A stretch of 32,000 bases of DNA from Trichodesmium erythraeum IMS101 (GCF_000014265.1 NC_008312.1:1650001-1682000); one strand, 5' to 3'. Numbered from the stretch's first letter, positions 20,701 to 29,629 are shown. Translations and numbers: made by a program. Notes: generated by a model from the sequence alone, not told the origin.

Positions 20701-20750
20701 AGCAATGGTTGAGCTCAAGCCATAACTCAAAGGTCAGAACTTGTGTATAA
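17703..20750 (+). CDS. DUF3854/Toprim-like plus P-loop NTPase protein, resembling cyanobacterial plasmid replication initiators of the CyRepA1 family (primase-helicase-like)
   Basis: Intact 1015-aa ORF. The N-terminal region contains WWCSG, KYEHPPK, ITEGAKKAGALL (Toprim Glu, near nt 18213) and IAFDQDTK (DxD, near nt 18393), then GKGVDNL. Together these are the DUF3854 signature. A Walker A motif SAKGTGKT (nt 18774-18797) and a Walker B motif IVIIDEIEQV (about nt 19026-19055) follow. The long alpha-helical C-terminal half has no motif I recognise. The family name is recalled from memory, not from a search. Confidence 0.75.
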   Translation: MHYSMSPNTEPQISYFREWTNSCVDDQLIHLNVVPLEGQRAYEFLFYSDAIPRRNDGRVTSEILNRYQHIEEGGWWCSGIDLLSGEEDFWGCFKPSQPRHSYDEKKIIKYEHPPKTPTSLFALKIPLHLWHKIASHYQLTILPEDIDNNQPDFGFWQWFIAHPQIPLCITEGAKKAGALLTASYVAIALPGVFGGYRVLRDEYGNRIGKQHLIPQLEKLINNTREIYIAFDQDTKAKTIKNVNAAIRKTGYLLIKKGCKVKVISWNPELGKGVDNLIANHGKNVFDEAYKKALPLELWKAKSFIRLTYPVNLRVNSRYLSEQNIFNSIDNNNNNLHKLDDIDLDYSINFPAKLIGIKSAKGTGKTKFLEKIVSEAVARNQKVLVIGHRVQLVQELCQRFGLKYITEVNSKSPDKLLGLGLCIDSLHPNSQANFNPETWSDGIVIIDEIEQVIWHALNSNTCRKSRVKILRCFKALMQNILGGAGKVFIADADLSDISIDYLQALAGVKLEPFIVQNDWLPGEKEAWKIFNYPETTPKRLIADLQKHIREGGKPIVCLSAQKLTSKWGTRALEAYLKKQFPKLKILRIDSESLAEVNHPAYGCIKSLNQVLLKYDIVLASPSIETGVSIDVQGHFTSVWAIAQGVQGATSVCQSLGRVRENIPRYLWVANCGFNQVGNGSTSITSLLNSEQRLTQLNIRLLQQSDFDSLDDLEVGFQAESFLCWAKMAVRFNAGMNQYRESVLEFLRIEGQQIIEVSAEALPENLEEKKSSETPEEINTLQEAIAIVIKQNYQTECEAIATAKSISLFEYQKLTKRLSKPIQQQREQRKFELMLRYSIPITAELVQKDDRGWYQQLQLHYFMTVGRPYLPARDGEVVKKLLELGKGNIFIPDFNDSLLGAIIGVIELLKIPSLLKDKKRELKNIDPDLQLLGKTALSNRTEIKTILGIGLAANSSPIIIVRRFLEKIGYSLECLRTETHHKKRLRIYRIFHPDDGRFEVFQQWLSSSHNSKVRTCV

Positions 20751-20919
20751 CAAATTTATACTCAACAAAGCTTTATTGTTTTTGGGTTATTTTTTGGGAT
20801 ATTCCTCCGTTTACTAGACCCTATTTACCCTTATTGCAGCATTTTAGATGTGTCATTCAAGAGTGTTCCTAGAAACCATGTTTGGCACAGAAACTTGTCA
20901 TTTTAAAATTGGTAATTTG

Positions 20920-20974
20920 GTAAGTATTTATGCTGTTAAAATTTCTTAGAAAAAGATTTAGCATAAATACTTAC
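20920..20974. terminator. 15-bp perfect inverted repeat between convergent genes (possible bidirectional terminator)
   Basis: GTAAGTATTTATGCT (20920-20934) and AGCATAAATACTTAC (20960-20974) flank a 25-nt loop. Downstream is TTAATTTTTTATTT and upstream is an A-rich run. The stem is AT-rich and the loop is long, so terminator function is uncertain. Confidence 0.4.
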
Positions 20975-21147
20975 TTAATTTTTTATTTCATGTTTACCAT
21001 TATAATTTTCTTCTAACTTATAACTCAGAAACTATTTATTTAAGACTACATTATGTCTGCAAAAATATAGGCTATAATATTGTTAACCTCGAGTTTTTAC
21101 TTGTAGTTGATGACTTATACCTAGAGTTATATTAGTCACATTATTAG

Positions 21148-21966
21148 TCACATTTTTGTTCCTGATGCCACTAACGCAGACATAGGTAAAATTAATGTAT
21201 TTTTATCAACATAAGGTTGTGATATTTGATGAAAAGCTGCTTTAATATCTGCAATATTTTCCTGAGCTTGACTCCGAAGTAAAGCACCTGTTCTAGGAGC
21301 ACCTTTATAGAAAGCATCAAACCATTCATCAGCATTTGCTAACTCCCAGGCCAAAGAAAATTTACTTACTAAAGGACTAGAAAAGCCAGCATTTTTTAAT
21401 CCATAAATACAGTTTTGCTCTTCACTAAAATAAAAAAATGGAGGCCCTTCAGGCAAAGATACTTCTAAATTTCCATGAGCTTTAACTACTTCATAAACTA
21501 GCTTCATACCAATACATTTATCCATTATATCCCAAGCAGTAAAAGCAAATTTTCCTGCATAACGCAAAACTCTAAATGCTTCATTGATTGCCTTTTGAGG
21601 TTCAGCCAAATGTAAAATACCAAAATTCATCACAACAGCATCAAACTCTTCATTTTCAAAAGGTAAAAATTCAGCTCCTCCTTGAATAAATTCTAGGTCA
21701 GGATTAAGTTGTTTAGCCTTATTTAACATCCCATCAGAAAAATCTAATCCAATTACATTACATTCACGTTTAGCAGCATCTGTAGCTACATAACCAGGTC
21801 CAGTAGCAATATCAAGTATTTTGTTTCCTTTTTTGGCGTTGACAGCATTCAGAAGTGGTTGAATCATTTGATTAGTTAGAGAAGCAAAAGAACTATCGTA
21901 TTGGTCTACAGATTTTTGCCACGCATTATATTCAAATTCTCTAAATTTTTTGATTGAATTACTCAT
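21148..21966 (-). CDS. Class I SAM-dependent methyltransferase (Methyltransf_11-like)
   Basis: 272-aa ORF with motif I ILDIATGPGYVA, an acidic post-I residue in GLDFS, and motif II/III FDAVVMNFGILHL. The substrate is unknown. Confidence 0.85.
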   Translation of the reverse strand: MSNSIKKFREFEYNAWQKSVDQYDSSFASLTNQMIQPLLNAVNAKKGNKILDIATGPGYVATDAAKRECNVIGLDFSDGMLNKAKQLNPDLEFIQGGAEFLPFENEEFDAVVMNFGILHLAEPQKAINEAFRVLRYAGKFAFTAWDIMDKCIGMKLVYEVVKAHGNLEVSLPEGPPFFYFSEEQNCIYGLKNAGFSSPLVSKFSLAWELANADEWFDAFYKGAPRTGALLRSQAQENIADIKAAFHQISQPYVDKNTLILPMSALVASGTKM

Positions 21967-22702
21967 TTTAGTTATTAGCTATTAGTTTGACTGCTGATAA
22001 TTATCCAGTAAATTTTATAATATAATTTATTGACATTAATTCTTTGGTATCAATTAATAAAAGTAAGTTTTTTTAGATTGGAGCTTAGACTAAATTTTGG
22101 GGCATTTAAATCATCTTCTCAAAAAGTTTTGAAAACTTGGAACTTAGAAACCTTGGGCAATAAATATAAGAGGTGTAGATGTTTTCGTAATCAGTTGATT
22201 ATTTTTCTTTTTTGGCAAGTTTGAATATTTTAAATTTATCCAAACTATTTAAAATATCTTTCCAGAGCATAATTAAAATTACCTTATAGTAAAACCTGTA
22301 GATAATTGACTGAAAATTCCTGACAATATTACAAAAGAAATAGTTTCCCTGAAGGTAGGCTTCTCTCACTCCAGTTTCCTGTGGTTAAGTTTTCAGGCAC
22401 CAAGAATAAAGTCTACACTCCAGTTCATAATATTATTTAGAGAATAACTTGAACAATAATTCAACTCACTTAAGGTTTTTATTACAAGGGCTATAATATA
22501 AATCTTTAAATTAGCTTATTACTTTGTAAAGTTTTACTTATCAATACAAATATTGGCGTTGGTGAATCAACATAAAATCTAAGTTTGGCCAAACATAATT
22601 TTTTTTCAGTGAATAGTTAGGGGAGCGCCATTAAATGAGAATCAGGCGCCAAAATTACCAACGCCCAGATATTGTTACCCTCATCCCTGTATTTTTATAT
22701 AG

Positions 22703-22761
22703 TAGAGTCTTTTATGTAATAAATGCATTTTAACAATGCATAAATGTCATAAAAGACTCTA
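22703..22761. promoter_or_regulatory. 59-bp nested palindrome about 200 nt upstream of nirA (candidate operator or leader hairpin)
   Basis: The outer arms TAGAGTCTTTTATG (22703-22716) and CATAAAAGACTCTA (22748-22761) are perfect 14-bp inverted repeats. Inside them is a second dyad, ATGCATT-TTAAC-AATGCAT. An NtcA-like box with one mismatch, GTA-N8-TAG (22689-22702), abuts the left arm. Confidence 0.35.
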
Positions 22762-22963
22762 TTTTGTTATATAAGCTACGAATTCTTTATTTCCTTTCCT
22801 TTAAATTGATAAATCAAGAAATTCAAATAAAATTAGTTCAACATAATATGTATTCAGAACATTTAATCTTTTAAAAAAGTTTTTTCTTCTAGTAAAGATC
22901 TTAAAAAAACAAACAATTCACTAAAAATTAGACATAGAAAATATATAAATCAAGGAAAAGTAG

Positions 22964-24496
22964 ATGACTGAGACTATACAGCGCAAAATGAAACTAAATA
23001 GTTTTGATAAATTTAAGGCAGAAAAAGATGGTCTAGCAGTAAAAACAGAAATAGAACATTTTGCTAAAATAGGTTGGGAAGCAATAGACAAAACAGACCG
23101 CAACCACAGACTTAAATGGTTGGGTGTATTCTTTAGACCTGTAACTCCAGGCAAATTTATGTTACGGATGCGTATGCCTAATGGAATGCTCTCAAGTCAA
23201 CAAATGCGAGTCTTGGCAGGAATAGTCCAACGCTACGGCGATGATGGCAATGCCGACATTACCACCCGACAAAATTTACAACTGCGAGGAATTGCAATTG
23301 AAGACATTCCAGACATTTTCAATAGACTTGAAAAAGTTGGCTTAACCAGTGTTCAATCTGGCATGGATAATGTGCGAAATATCACAGGTTCCCCAGTTGC
23401 TGGCATTGATGCTACCGAACTATACGATACCCGTGAGTTAATCAAGCAAGTCCAAGACATGATTACTGACAACAATAAAGGCAACTTTGAGTTTACTAAT
23501 TTACCAAGAAAATTCAATATAGCGATCGCCGGATGTCGTGATAATTCAGTCCACGCCGAAATCAACGATATTGCATTTATTCCAGCCTACAAAAATGATA
23601 AATTTGGCTTCAACGTTCTGGTAGGTGGCTTCTTTTCCGCCAAACGGTGCGAAGCCGCTATACCTCTAAATGCTTGGGTAGAACCCAATCAAGTCATTGC
23701 CCTTTGTCGAGCTATCTTAGAAGTATATCGTGATTACGGACTCCGGGAAAATCGGCAAAAATCAAGGTTAATGTGGCTTATTGACGAGTGGGGGCTCACA
23801 AAGTTCCGCTCACAAGTTGAGAAACAAATAGGGCTAACTCTAGAAACAGAAGCCCTCAAAGATGAAATTCTCTGGGAAAAGCGTGACCACATTGGCATTT
23901 ACAAACAAAAACAACCAGGGTTAAACTACATTGGGTTAAATATTCCTGTTGGCAGATTATATGCTGTCGATATGTTTGACCTAGCTCGTTTGGCTGAAGT
24001 TTATGGCAATGGAGAAATCCGTTTGACGGTAGAACAAAATGTCATCATTCCTAATGTTCCTGATTCTCGGCTGGAAACATTTAGAAGTGAACCCCTCCTG
24101 AAAAAATTTTCTTTTGAGCCTCAACCACTAACTAGAGCTGTAGTTTCTTGTACAGGATCACAATTTTGTAACTTTGCCTTGATAGAAACTAAAAATCGCG
24201 CCTTAGCAATAGCAAAAGAACTAGAAACGGAACTATCAATACCAAAACCAGTACGCATTCATTGGACTGGTTGCCCCAACTCTTGCGGACAACCACAGGT
24301 TGCAGACATTGGTCTGATGGGCACTAAAGTTCGCAAAAACGGGAAAATGGTCGATGGTGTTAATCTATATATGGGTGGGAAAGTTGGTAAAGATGCTCAA
24401 CTTGGCAGTTGTGTTCAAAAAAGTATTCCTTGTGAAGACCTCAAGCCAATATTGCGGAGTTTGCTAATTAAAAATTTTGCTGCTCAACCAAAATAA
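22964..24496 (+). CDS. nirA: Ferredoxin-nitrite reductase
   Basis: 510-aa ORF preceded by AAGGAAAAG. It has the sulfite/nitrite reductase fold signatures and the siroheme/4Fe-4S Cys cluster SCTGSQFCNFA ... TGCPNSCGQ, plus N-terminal NKFEKxKxEKDG-like text (FDKFKAEKDG). Confidence 0.95.
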   Translation: MTETIQRKMKLNSFDKFKAEKDGLAVKTEIEHFAKIGWEAIDKTDRNHRLKWLGVFFRPVTPGKFMLRMRMPNGMLSSQQMRVLAGIVQRYGDDGNADITTRQNLQLRGIAIEDIPDIFNRLEKVGLTSVQSGMDNVRNITGSPVAGIDATELYDTRELIKQVQDMITDNNKGNFEFTNLPRKFNIAIAGCRDNSVHAEINDIAFIPAYKNDKFGFNVLVGGFFSAKRCEAAIPLNAWVEPNQVIALCRAILEVYRDYGLRENRQKSRLMWLIDEWGLTKFRSQVEKQIGLTLETEALKDEILWEKRDHIGIYKQKQPGLNYIGLNIPVGRLYAVDMFDLARLAEVYGNGEIRLTVEQNVIIPNVPDSRLETFRSEPLLKKFSFEPQPLTRAVVSCTGSQFCNFALIETKNRALAIAKELETELSIPKPVRIHWTGCPNSCGQPQVADIGLMGTKVRKNGKMVDGVNLYMGGKVGKDAQLGSCVQKSIPCEDLKPILRSLLIKNFAAQPK

Positions 24497-24905
24497 GTCT
24501 GTGCTCAAAGTTATTGAACGAGTACACAGAGAGTTATTCAATTCTTACCCAGTAGTACCATCCTGCTTGATGTAAAGGATAGGTTATGGCTAAGGCCATG
24601 CTCCAAATTTTCCTTTGGTTATACTGCGTCAATTAAAAAGCGAAAATATCAACATATCATCAACACTGGAAAAAATTAAAAAAATAGAATAAAATAGATG
24701 ACAGTGTTATTGATAAGGTAAGAAAAAGATGATATTGTATATGGTATTAGTACAGTAGACATTAGAAAAAGTTGTTAATAAACAAAAAATAATAGAAATA
24801 ATATTAACAACCAGACCTACTCAAAAAGCATTTTCATTTTGATTTCATGGGGGCATTTCAGCTATAACATAGCTTTGGACCATTTCTGCAATTATCAATA
24901 AAAGT

Positions 24906-26414
24906 ATGTTAACAAAACTCTGGTCTTTTCGCGGTCGTTACCGCATTCTCCATTTAACCTGGTTTGCTTTTTTTCTCTCCTTTGTTGTTTGGTTTAACTT
25001 AGCACCATTAGCAACAGCACTAAAAGAAGACTTAGGTTTAGAAACTTCTCAAATCAGAACTATTGCCATCTGTAATGTAGCACTCACAGTACCTGCCCGA
25101 ATTATCATCGGAATGCTACTAGATAAATACGGACCAAGAATCACCTATTCACTCTTGCTCATGTATGCAGCCATTCCCTGTATTGGCTTTGCTTTAGCCC
25201 AAAACTTTAGCCATTTGGTAATCAGTCGTTTGGCATTAAGTATTGTAGGTGGTGGTTTCGTGATTGGTATCCGCATGGTAGCAGAGTGGTTTCCCCCTAA
25301 AGAAATAGGTTTGGCAGAAGGTATTTATGGCGGTTGGGGTAACTTTGGTTCTGCTGGCGCTGCCTTTACACTCCCAACTATAGCGGCTTGGTTAACTTTT
25401 GGTTCAGGCGATGTCTTAAATTGGCGGGTATCGATCGCTCTGACAGGTATTATTGCTGCACTCTATGGTGTGTTTTACTTCTTTAATGTTCTAGACACTC
25501 CTCCTGGTAAAACATATCAAAAACCGAAATGTGCCAGAGGCTTAGAAGTTACTACCCCAAAAGATTTCCTTTTTTTGGTTTTGATGAACATTCCTTTAAC
25601 AGGAGTTCTGTGTTTGTTAGGTTGGCGTTTAAGTAAAGTAGGTTTCTTATCCACAAGTCAACTTTATATTGTCTGGCTAGTGCTATTAGGTTTATACGCT
25701 TTCCAAACTTATAACTGTTGGATAACCAACAAAGAGTTAATTGCTCAAGAAAAACACTATCCCCCTAGCGATCGCTATAAATTCTCTCAGGTAGCAATTT
25801 TAGAGTTAACTTATTTTGTGAATTTTGGTTCTGAATTAGCAGTAGTTTCTATGCTGCCTGCTTTCTTTGAAAATACTTTTGGTCTTAGTAAGACAATGGC
25901 AGGAATGATTGCTGCTAGTTATGCTTTTATGAACTTGGTATCTCGTCCTGGTGGTGGTTTAATTTCTGATAAGTTAGGTAGTCGTAAATTAACAATGACA
26001 GTATTGACTGTAGGGATGGCGATCGGCTATTTGACAATGGGTAACGTTAAAGGAAGTTGGTGGTTGCCTGCAGCGGTGTTGCTAACGATGCTTTGTTCTT
26101 TCTTTGTTCAAGCTGCAGAAGGTTCCACTTTTGCCATAGTTCCCCTAATAAAACGGCGAGTGACTGGTCAAATAGCAGGTAATGTAGGTGCTTATGGTAA
26201 CGTAGGAGCAGTCTTATATCTGACTTTGTATAGTTTCCTGCCTGAAGGTGCTATTGGTGACAAGATTTTCTTTGAAGTTATTGGTGTGACATCAATGATC
26301 GTTGCTTTCATCTGTGCATTCTTTCTCAAAGAGCCAGAAGGTTCATTTGCTGAACACCATGAGGGAGAAGAGGAAGTACAGATAGAATCTCATACCTTAT
26401 TCGCTGAGGAATAA
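24906..26414 (+). CDS. nrtP: MFS nitrate/nitrite permease (NNP family, NrtP/NapA type)
   Basis: 502-aa, 12-TM-like ORF. It carries two NNP signatures, GGWGNFGSAG and AGNVGAYGNVGA, and the typical N-terminus RILHLTWFAFFLSFVVWFNLAPL. It sits between nirA and narB, as in marine cyanobacteria. Confidence 0.9.
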   Translation: MLTKLWSFRGRYRILHLTWFAFFLSFVVWFNLAPLATALKEDLGLETSQIRTIAICNVALTVPARIIIGMLLDKYGPRITYSLLLMYAAIPCIGFALAQNFSHLVISRLALSIVGGGFVIGIRMVAEWFPPKEIGLAEGIYGGWGNFGSAGAAFTLPTIAAWLTFGSGDVLNWRVSIALTGIIAALYGVFYFFNVLDTPPGKTYQKPKCARGLEVTTPKDFLFLVLMNIPLTGVLCLLGWRLSKVGFLSTSQLYIVWLVLLGLYAFQTYNCWITNKELIAQEKHYPPSDRYKFSQVAILELTYFVNFGSELAVVSMLPAFFENTFGLSKTMAGMIAASYAFMNLVSRPGGGLISDKLGSRKLTMTVLTVGMAIGYLTMGNVKGSWWLPAAVLLTMLCSFFVQAAEGSTFAIVPLIKRRVTGQIAGNVGAYGNVGAVLYLTLYSFLPEGAIGDKIFFEVIGVTSMIVAFICAFFLKEPEGSFAEHHEGEEEVQIESHTLFAEE

Positions 26415-26565
26415 GATTGAAAAGCCTTAATAAAAATGGGTTTTAGCGATTTTTATTGCCTTGTATTTACTGACATTTTCTCGGTTATGCTGCACCCTTG
26501 AGGTATTTTTTACCCCAGAAAATTTGTAAGTACTATTAGTAAGTTTCCAAAAAATTAAGTGCACT

Positions 26566-28770
26566 ATGAAAACTACAAAAACTGCTTGCCCTTATTGTGG
26601 CGTAGGCTGCGGATTAGAAGTATCACCACCAGCAACCCCAGGAAAAGTAACAAATCGCGATAGTAAAGGTAATCCAACTTGGCAAGTACGGGGCGATCGC
26701 TCTCATCCATCAAGTCAAGGCAAAGTTTGTCTCAAAGGTGCTACCGTTGGCGAAGCATTGGATAAAAGTCGCCTTAAGTATCCAATGATGCGCAATACCC
26801 TAGATGAAGCTTTTCGTCGTGTTACTTGGGAAGAAGCCTTTCGGCGCATTGTTAACCAAATTCAAAAAGTACGTTTTTCTCAGGGACCAGATGCAATTTG
26901 TATGTATGGGTCTGGTCAGTTCCAAACAGAAGACTATTACGTTGCTCAAAAGTTGCTTAAAGGATGTCTGGGAACTAACAACTTTGATGCCAACTCTCGC
27001 CTCTGTATGTCTTCAGCAGTATCTGGATACATTCAAAGTTTTGGGTCTGATGGTCCTCCTTGTTGCTACGATGACTTAGAAAAGACAGACTGTGCATTTT
27101 TAATAGGTACTAATACAGCCGAATGTCATCCTATTATCTTTAACCGTCTCCGGGCATCTAAAAAAAGAAATAAAAAAGTCAAAATGATTGTGGTAGACCC
27201 CCGTCGTACCAAAACCGCAGAAGTAGCAGACCTACATTTGGCAATTCGACCAGGTACAGATATTGACTTACTTAATGGTATAGCTAATCTGCTCATACAG
27301 TGGGGTTTACTGGATGCAATGTTTATAGATGAGTGTACGAAGGGCTTCCCTGAATACGTAAATATCATTCGTCAGTATCCACCGGGGCTGGTAGCACGTC
27401 ATTGTGGAATTCGCTTGGATGAGTTGGAAACAGCCGCTCGTTATTGGGGAAAATCCGAGAGAGTTTTATCTTTGTGGTCAATGGGGATGAATCAGTCATC
27501 AGAGGGTACAGCAAAAGTGCGAACCTTAATTAATCTTCATTTAATGACAGGTGATATAGGCAAACCAGGCACAGGTCCGTTTTCTCTTACTGGTCAACCA
27601 AATGCCATGGGTGGAAGGGAAGCAGGTGGACTAGCTCATCTTTTGCCTGGTTATCGAATGGTAAAAAATTCTCAACATCGTGCTGAGGTTGAAAAATTGT
27701 GGGAACTAACTCCCGGAAAAATTTCTGATGTACCTGGTCGCAGTGCTTGGGAAATGATTATGGCTTTGGAACGCAAAGAAATTGGTTGTTTGTGGATTGC
27801 GGCCACTAATCCTGCTGTGAGTATGCCTGATTTAAAACGGACTAAGGCTGCTTTGTTGCGATCGCCTTTTACTATTTATCAAGATGCTTATTATCCCACC
27901 GAAACAGCTGAATATGCTCACCTATTATTACCGGCAGCTCAGTGGGGAGAAAAAACAGGCACTATGACAAATTCGGAGCGAGTGGTGACTTTGTGTCCGG
28001 CATTTCGTGAACCTCTCAGAGAAGCTAAAGCAGATTGGGAAATCTTTGCCGAGGTAGGTCGCCGTTTAGGATTTACAAATCACTTTAATTTTGCTGACTC
28101 GGAAGCTGTCAGAGCTGAGTTTTTGGAATTGACACGGGATCGCCCCTGTGATATGACAGGCATTACCTATCAACGACTCCAAGAAAAAGGTCCGACTCAA
28201 TGGCCTTGTCCTGATAGTAGTGGCGTATCTCAGGAGCGTCTGTATACTGACTTTCGATTTAATACTCCCGATGGCAGGGCGAGGTTTGCAGCATATTACT
28301 CTCAAGGACTAGCAGAACCACCTAATCCTGATTATCCATTCATTTTAACAACTGGACGATTATATGGTCATTGGCACACTCAAACCCGTACAGGGCGTAT
28401 TGAAAAAATTCGCAAAATGTATCCCCTACCATTTATGGAAATTCATCCCCAGGATGCTCAGAGATTGGAGATTTCAGATAATGATTGGGTAGAAGTAAGG
28501 TCGCGAAGAGGTTATAGCAGATTTCCAGCCAAAATCACCAAAGCTATTACTCCAGGTACTGTATTTGTACCGATGCACTGGGGTGCATTATGGGCACATC
28601 AGGCAGAGGCAAATACTCTGACTCATCCTCAAGCTTGTCCTGAGTCTGGACAACCAGAGTTAAAAGCTTGTGCTGTACAGTTACAACCAGTTAAATTTCA
28701 AGCAGCTCCTATAGCGCTATGGGCAAGTAAAAAGTCAACCCCCTTGGGAGAAGTAAAAAGCTCAAAGTAA
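26566..28770 (+). CDS. narB: Ferredoxin-dependent assimilatory nitrate reductase (molybdopterin oxidoreductase)
   Basis: 734-aa ORF. The N-terminal 4Fe-4S motif is [10 protein letters not shown]...GD..HP.S.GK.C.KG. Molybdopterin-binding regions follow ([26 protein letters not shown]), then a C-terminal barrel (ILTTGR...HWHT.TRTG, V.V.SRRG). Confidence 0.95.
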   Translation: MKTTKTACPYCGVGCGLEVSPPATPGKVTNRDSKGNPTWQVRGDRSHPSSQGKVCLKGATVGEALDKSRLKYPMMRNTLDEAFRRVTWEEAFRRIVNQIQKVRFSQGPDAICMYGSGQFQTEDYYVAQKLLKGCLGTNNFDANSRLCMSSAVSGYIQSFGSDGPPCCYDDLEKTDCAFLIGTNTAECHPIIFNRLRASKKRNKKVKMIVVDPRRTKTAEVADLHLAIRPGTDIDLLNGIANLLIQWGLLDAMFIDECTKGFPEYVNIIRQYPPGLVARHCGIRLDELETAARYWGKSERVLSLWSMGMNQSSEGTAKVRTLINLHLMTGDIGKPGTGPFSLTGQPNAMGGREAGGLAHLLPGYRMVKNSQHRAEVEKLWELTPGKISDVPGRSAWEMIMALERKEIGCLWIAATNPAVSMPDLKRTKAALLRSPFTIYQDAYYPTETAEYAHLLLPAAQWGEKTGTMTNSERVVTLCPAFREPLREAKADWEIFAEVGRRLGFTNHFNFADSEAVRAEFLELTRDRPCDMTGITYQRLQEKGPTQWPCPDSSGVSQERLYTDFRFNTPDGRARFAAYYSQGLAEPPNPDYPFILTTGRLYGHWHTQTRTGRIEKIRKMYPLPFMEIHPQDAQRLEISDNDWVEVRSRRGYSRFPAKITKAITPGTVFVPMHWGALWAHQAEANTLTHPQACPESGQPELKACAVQLQPVKFQAAPIALWASKKSTPLGEVKSSK

Positions 28771-29424
28771 TTTCTATTTCCTGTTTCCTAATTTATCCCT
28801 ATTTCCCCACCATCCCACCTCTCTCTACTTTGGAGTGTTATAAGAAACCAGATTTATACAAAACAATGATTCCCTATTATTCGGAAATGATAGTCACCCC
28901 AGACTCAAAAAGGTTAATGTGTATTAGGGAATGACATATTTTGTCATAGCCCTGTTGTTTTGATGTTTTACAAATATCATGATCAAGTCTTTTAAAAAAT
29001 ACAGTTAATTCTAATAGAACCCTGAAATCATTAATATCAAAACCTTGAAATACCTGTATAAAAACTTAGTTTTCCCAAGAAGATGTTTAATATTTTTAAT
29101 CTGCTTAATTCCAAAGCTTTTTCAAGGGCTTCTTTTTTTTATTGTTATTTTAAATGAGGAGAATGATCGTAAGTTCCAAAAAGAGACAAAGTAATGATAA
29201 GTCGATAGTTATACAATTTTTGCTTCACAGAACCTGAACGTCTAACTAAGATGATGTTTTGGCTTTGGTAATTTTGGCGCGTAATTATTCTTGAATTGCG
29301 ATCGCCAAACTATTAACTAAAATTTTTTTTATTTTTGCCAAATTTAGATTTCATATTGATTCATCAACACCATATTTTTCACATTGATAAATAGTTGAGT
29401 TTCCTCAAAAGTGTTACTGTTTAT

Positions 29425-29517
29425 ATGGCTAATACTAGCGGCAAAAGTAATTTGATTAAAGTCATGAATTTTCAGGCTTGGTTTATGCTCAATTCACCAA
29501 AAGAAACTCATAAATAA
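29425..29517 (+). pseudogene. Isolated Walker-A fragment of an AAA_15/AAA_21-type ATPase (RloA/abortive-infection-like)
   Basis: A 30-codon ORF, MANTSGKSNLIKVMNFQAWFMLNSPKETHK*, matches the N-terminal G.N.SGKSNL..A..F block of the ATPases that usually precede RloB genes. The remaining ~400 residues of such a protein are absent. Confidence 0.35.
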
Positions 29518-29629
29518 GAAAAATTAATTGCTGATTAAACTAGATAAAATACACTATTTCTTTCTCTAAATGCTCAATTTAACCGCCAAATCTCTACAAG
29601 TATTTTCCTCTGGTTTCTAGAAAGGATAT

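Noticed and set aside
2290-28305. ORFs nested inside or antisense to the large genes: 2290-2613, 3100-3342, 4501-4692, 4999-5247, 5584-5793, 13888-14076, 13927-14145, 20276-20569, 22921-23154, 23353-23565, 26804-27079, 27126-27368, 28066-28305
   Set aside because: Each lies within, or substantially overlaps, a much longer ORF that has clear family motifs, either on the opposite strand or in another frame. Their translations are compositionally odd (Pro/Ala/Ile or Lys/Arg-rich mirror sequences) and match no family I recognise. They are shadow ORFs.
28900-29100. Minus-strand stop-free stretch DINDFRVLLELTVFFKRLDHDICKTSKQQGYDK..., considered as a second decayed ATPase N-terminus (I.NFR....L...F.KLN.LIG.N.SGKS pattern)
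   Set aside because: The resemblance is limited to a few hydrophobic positions. The Walker A motif is not preserved, there is no start codon, and the similarity is too weak to call without a profile search.
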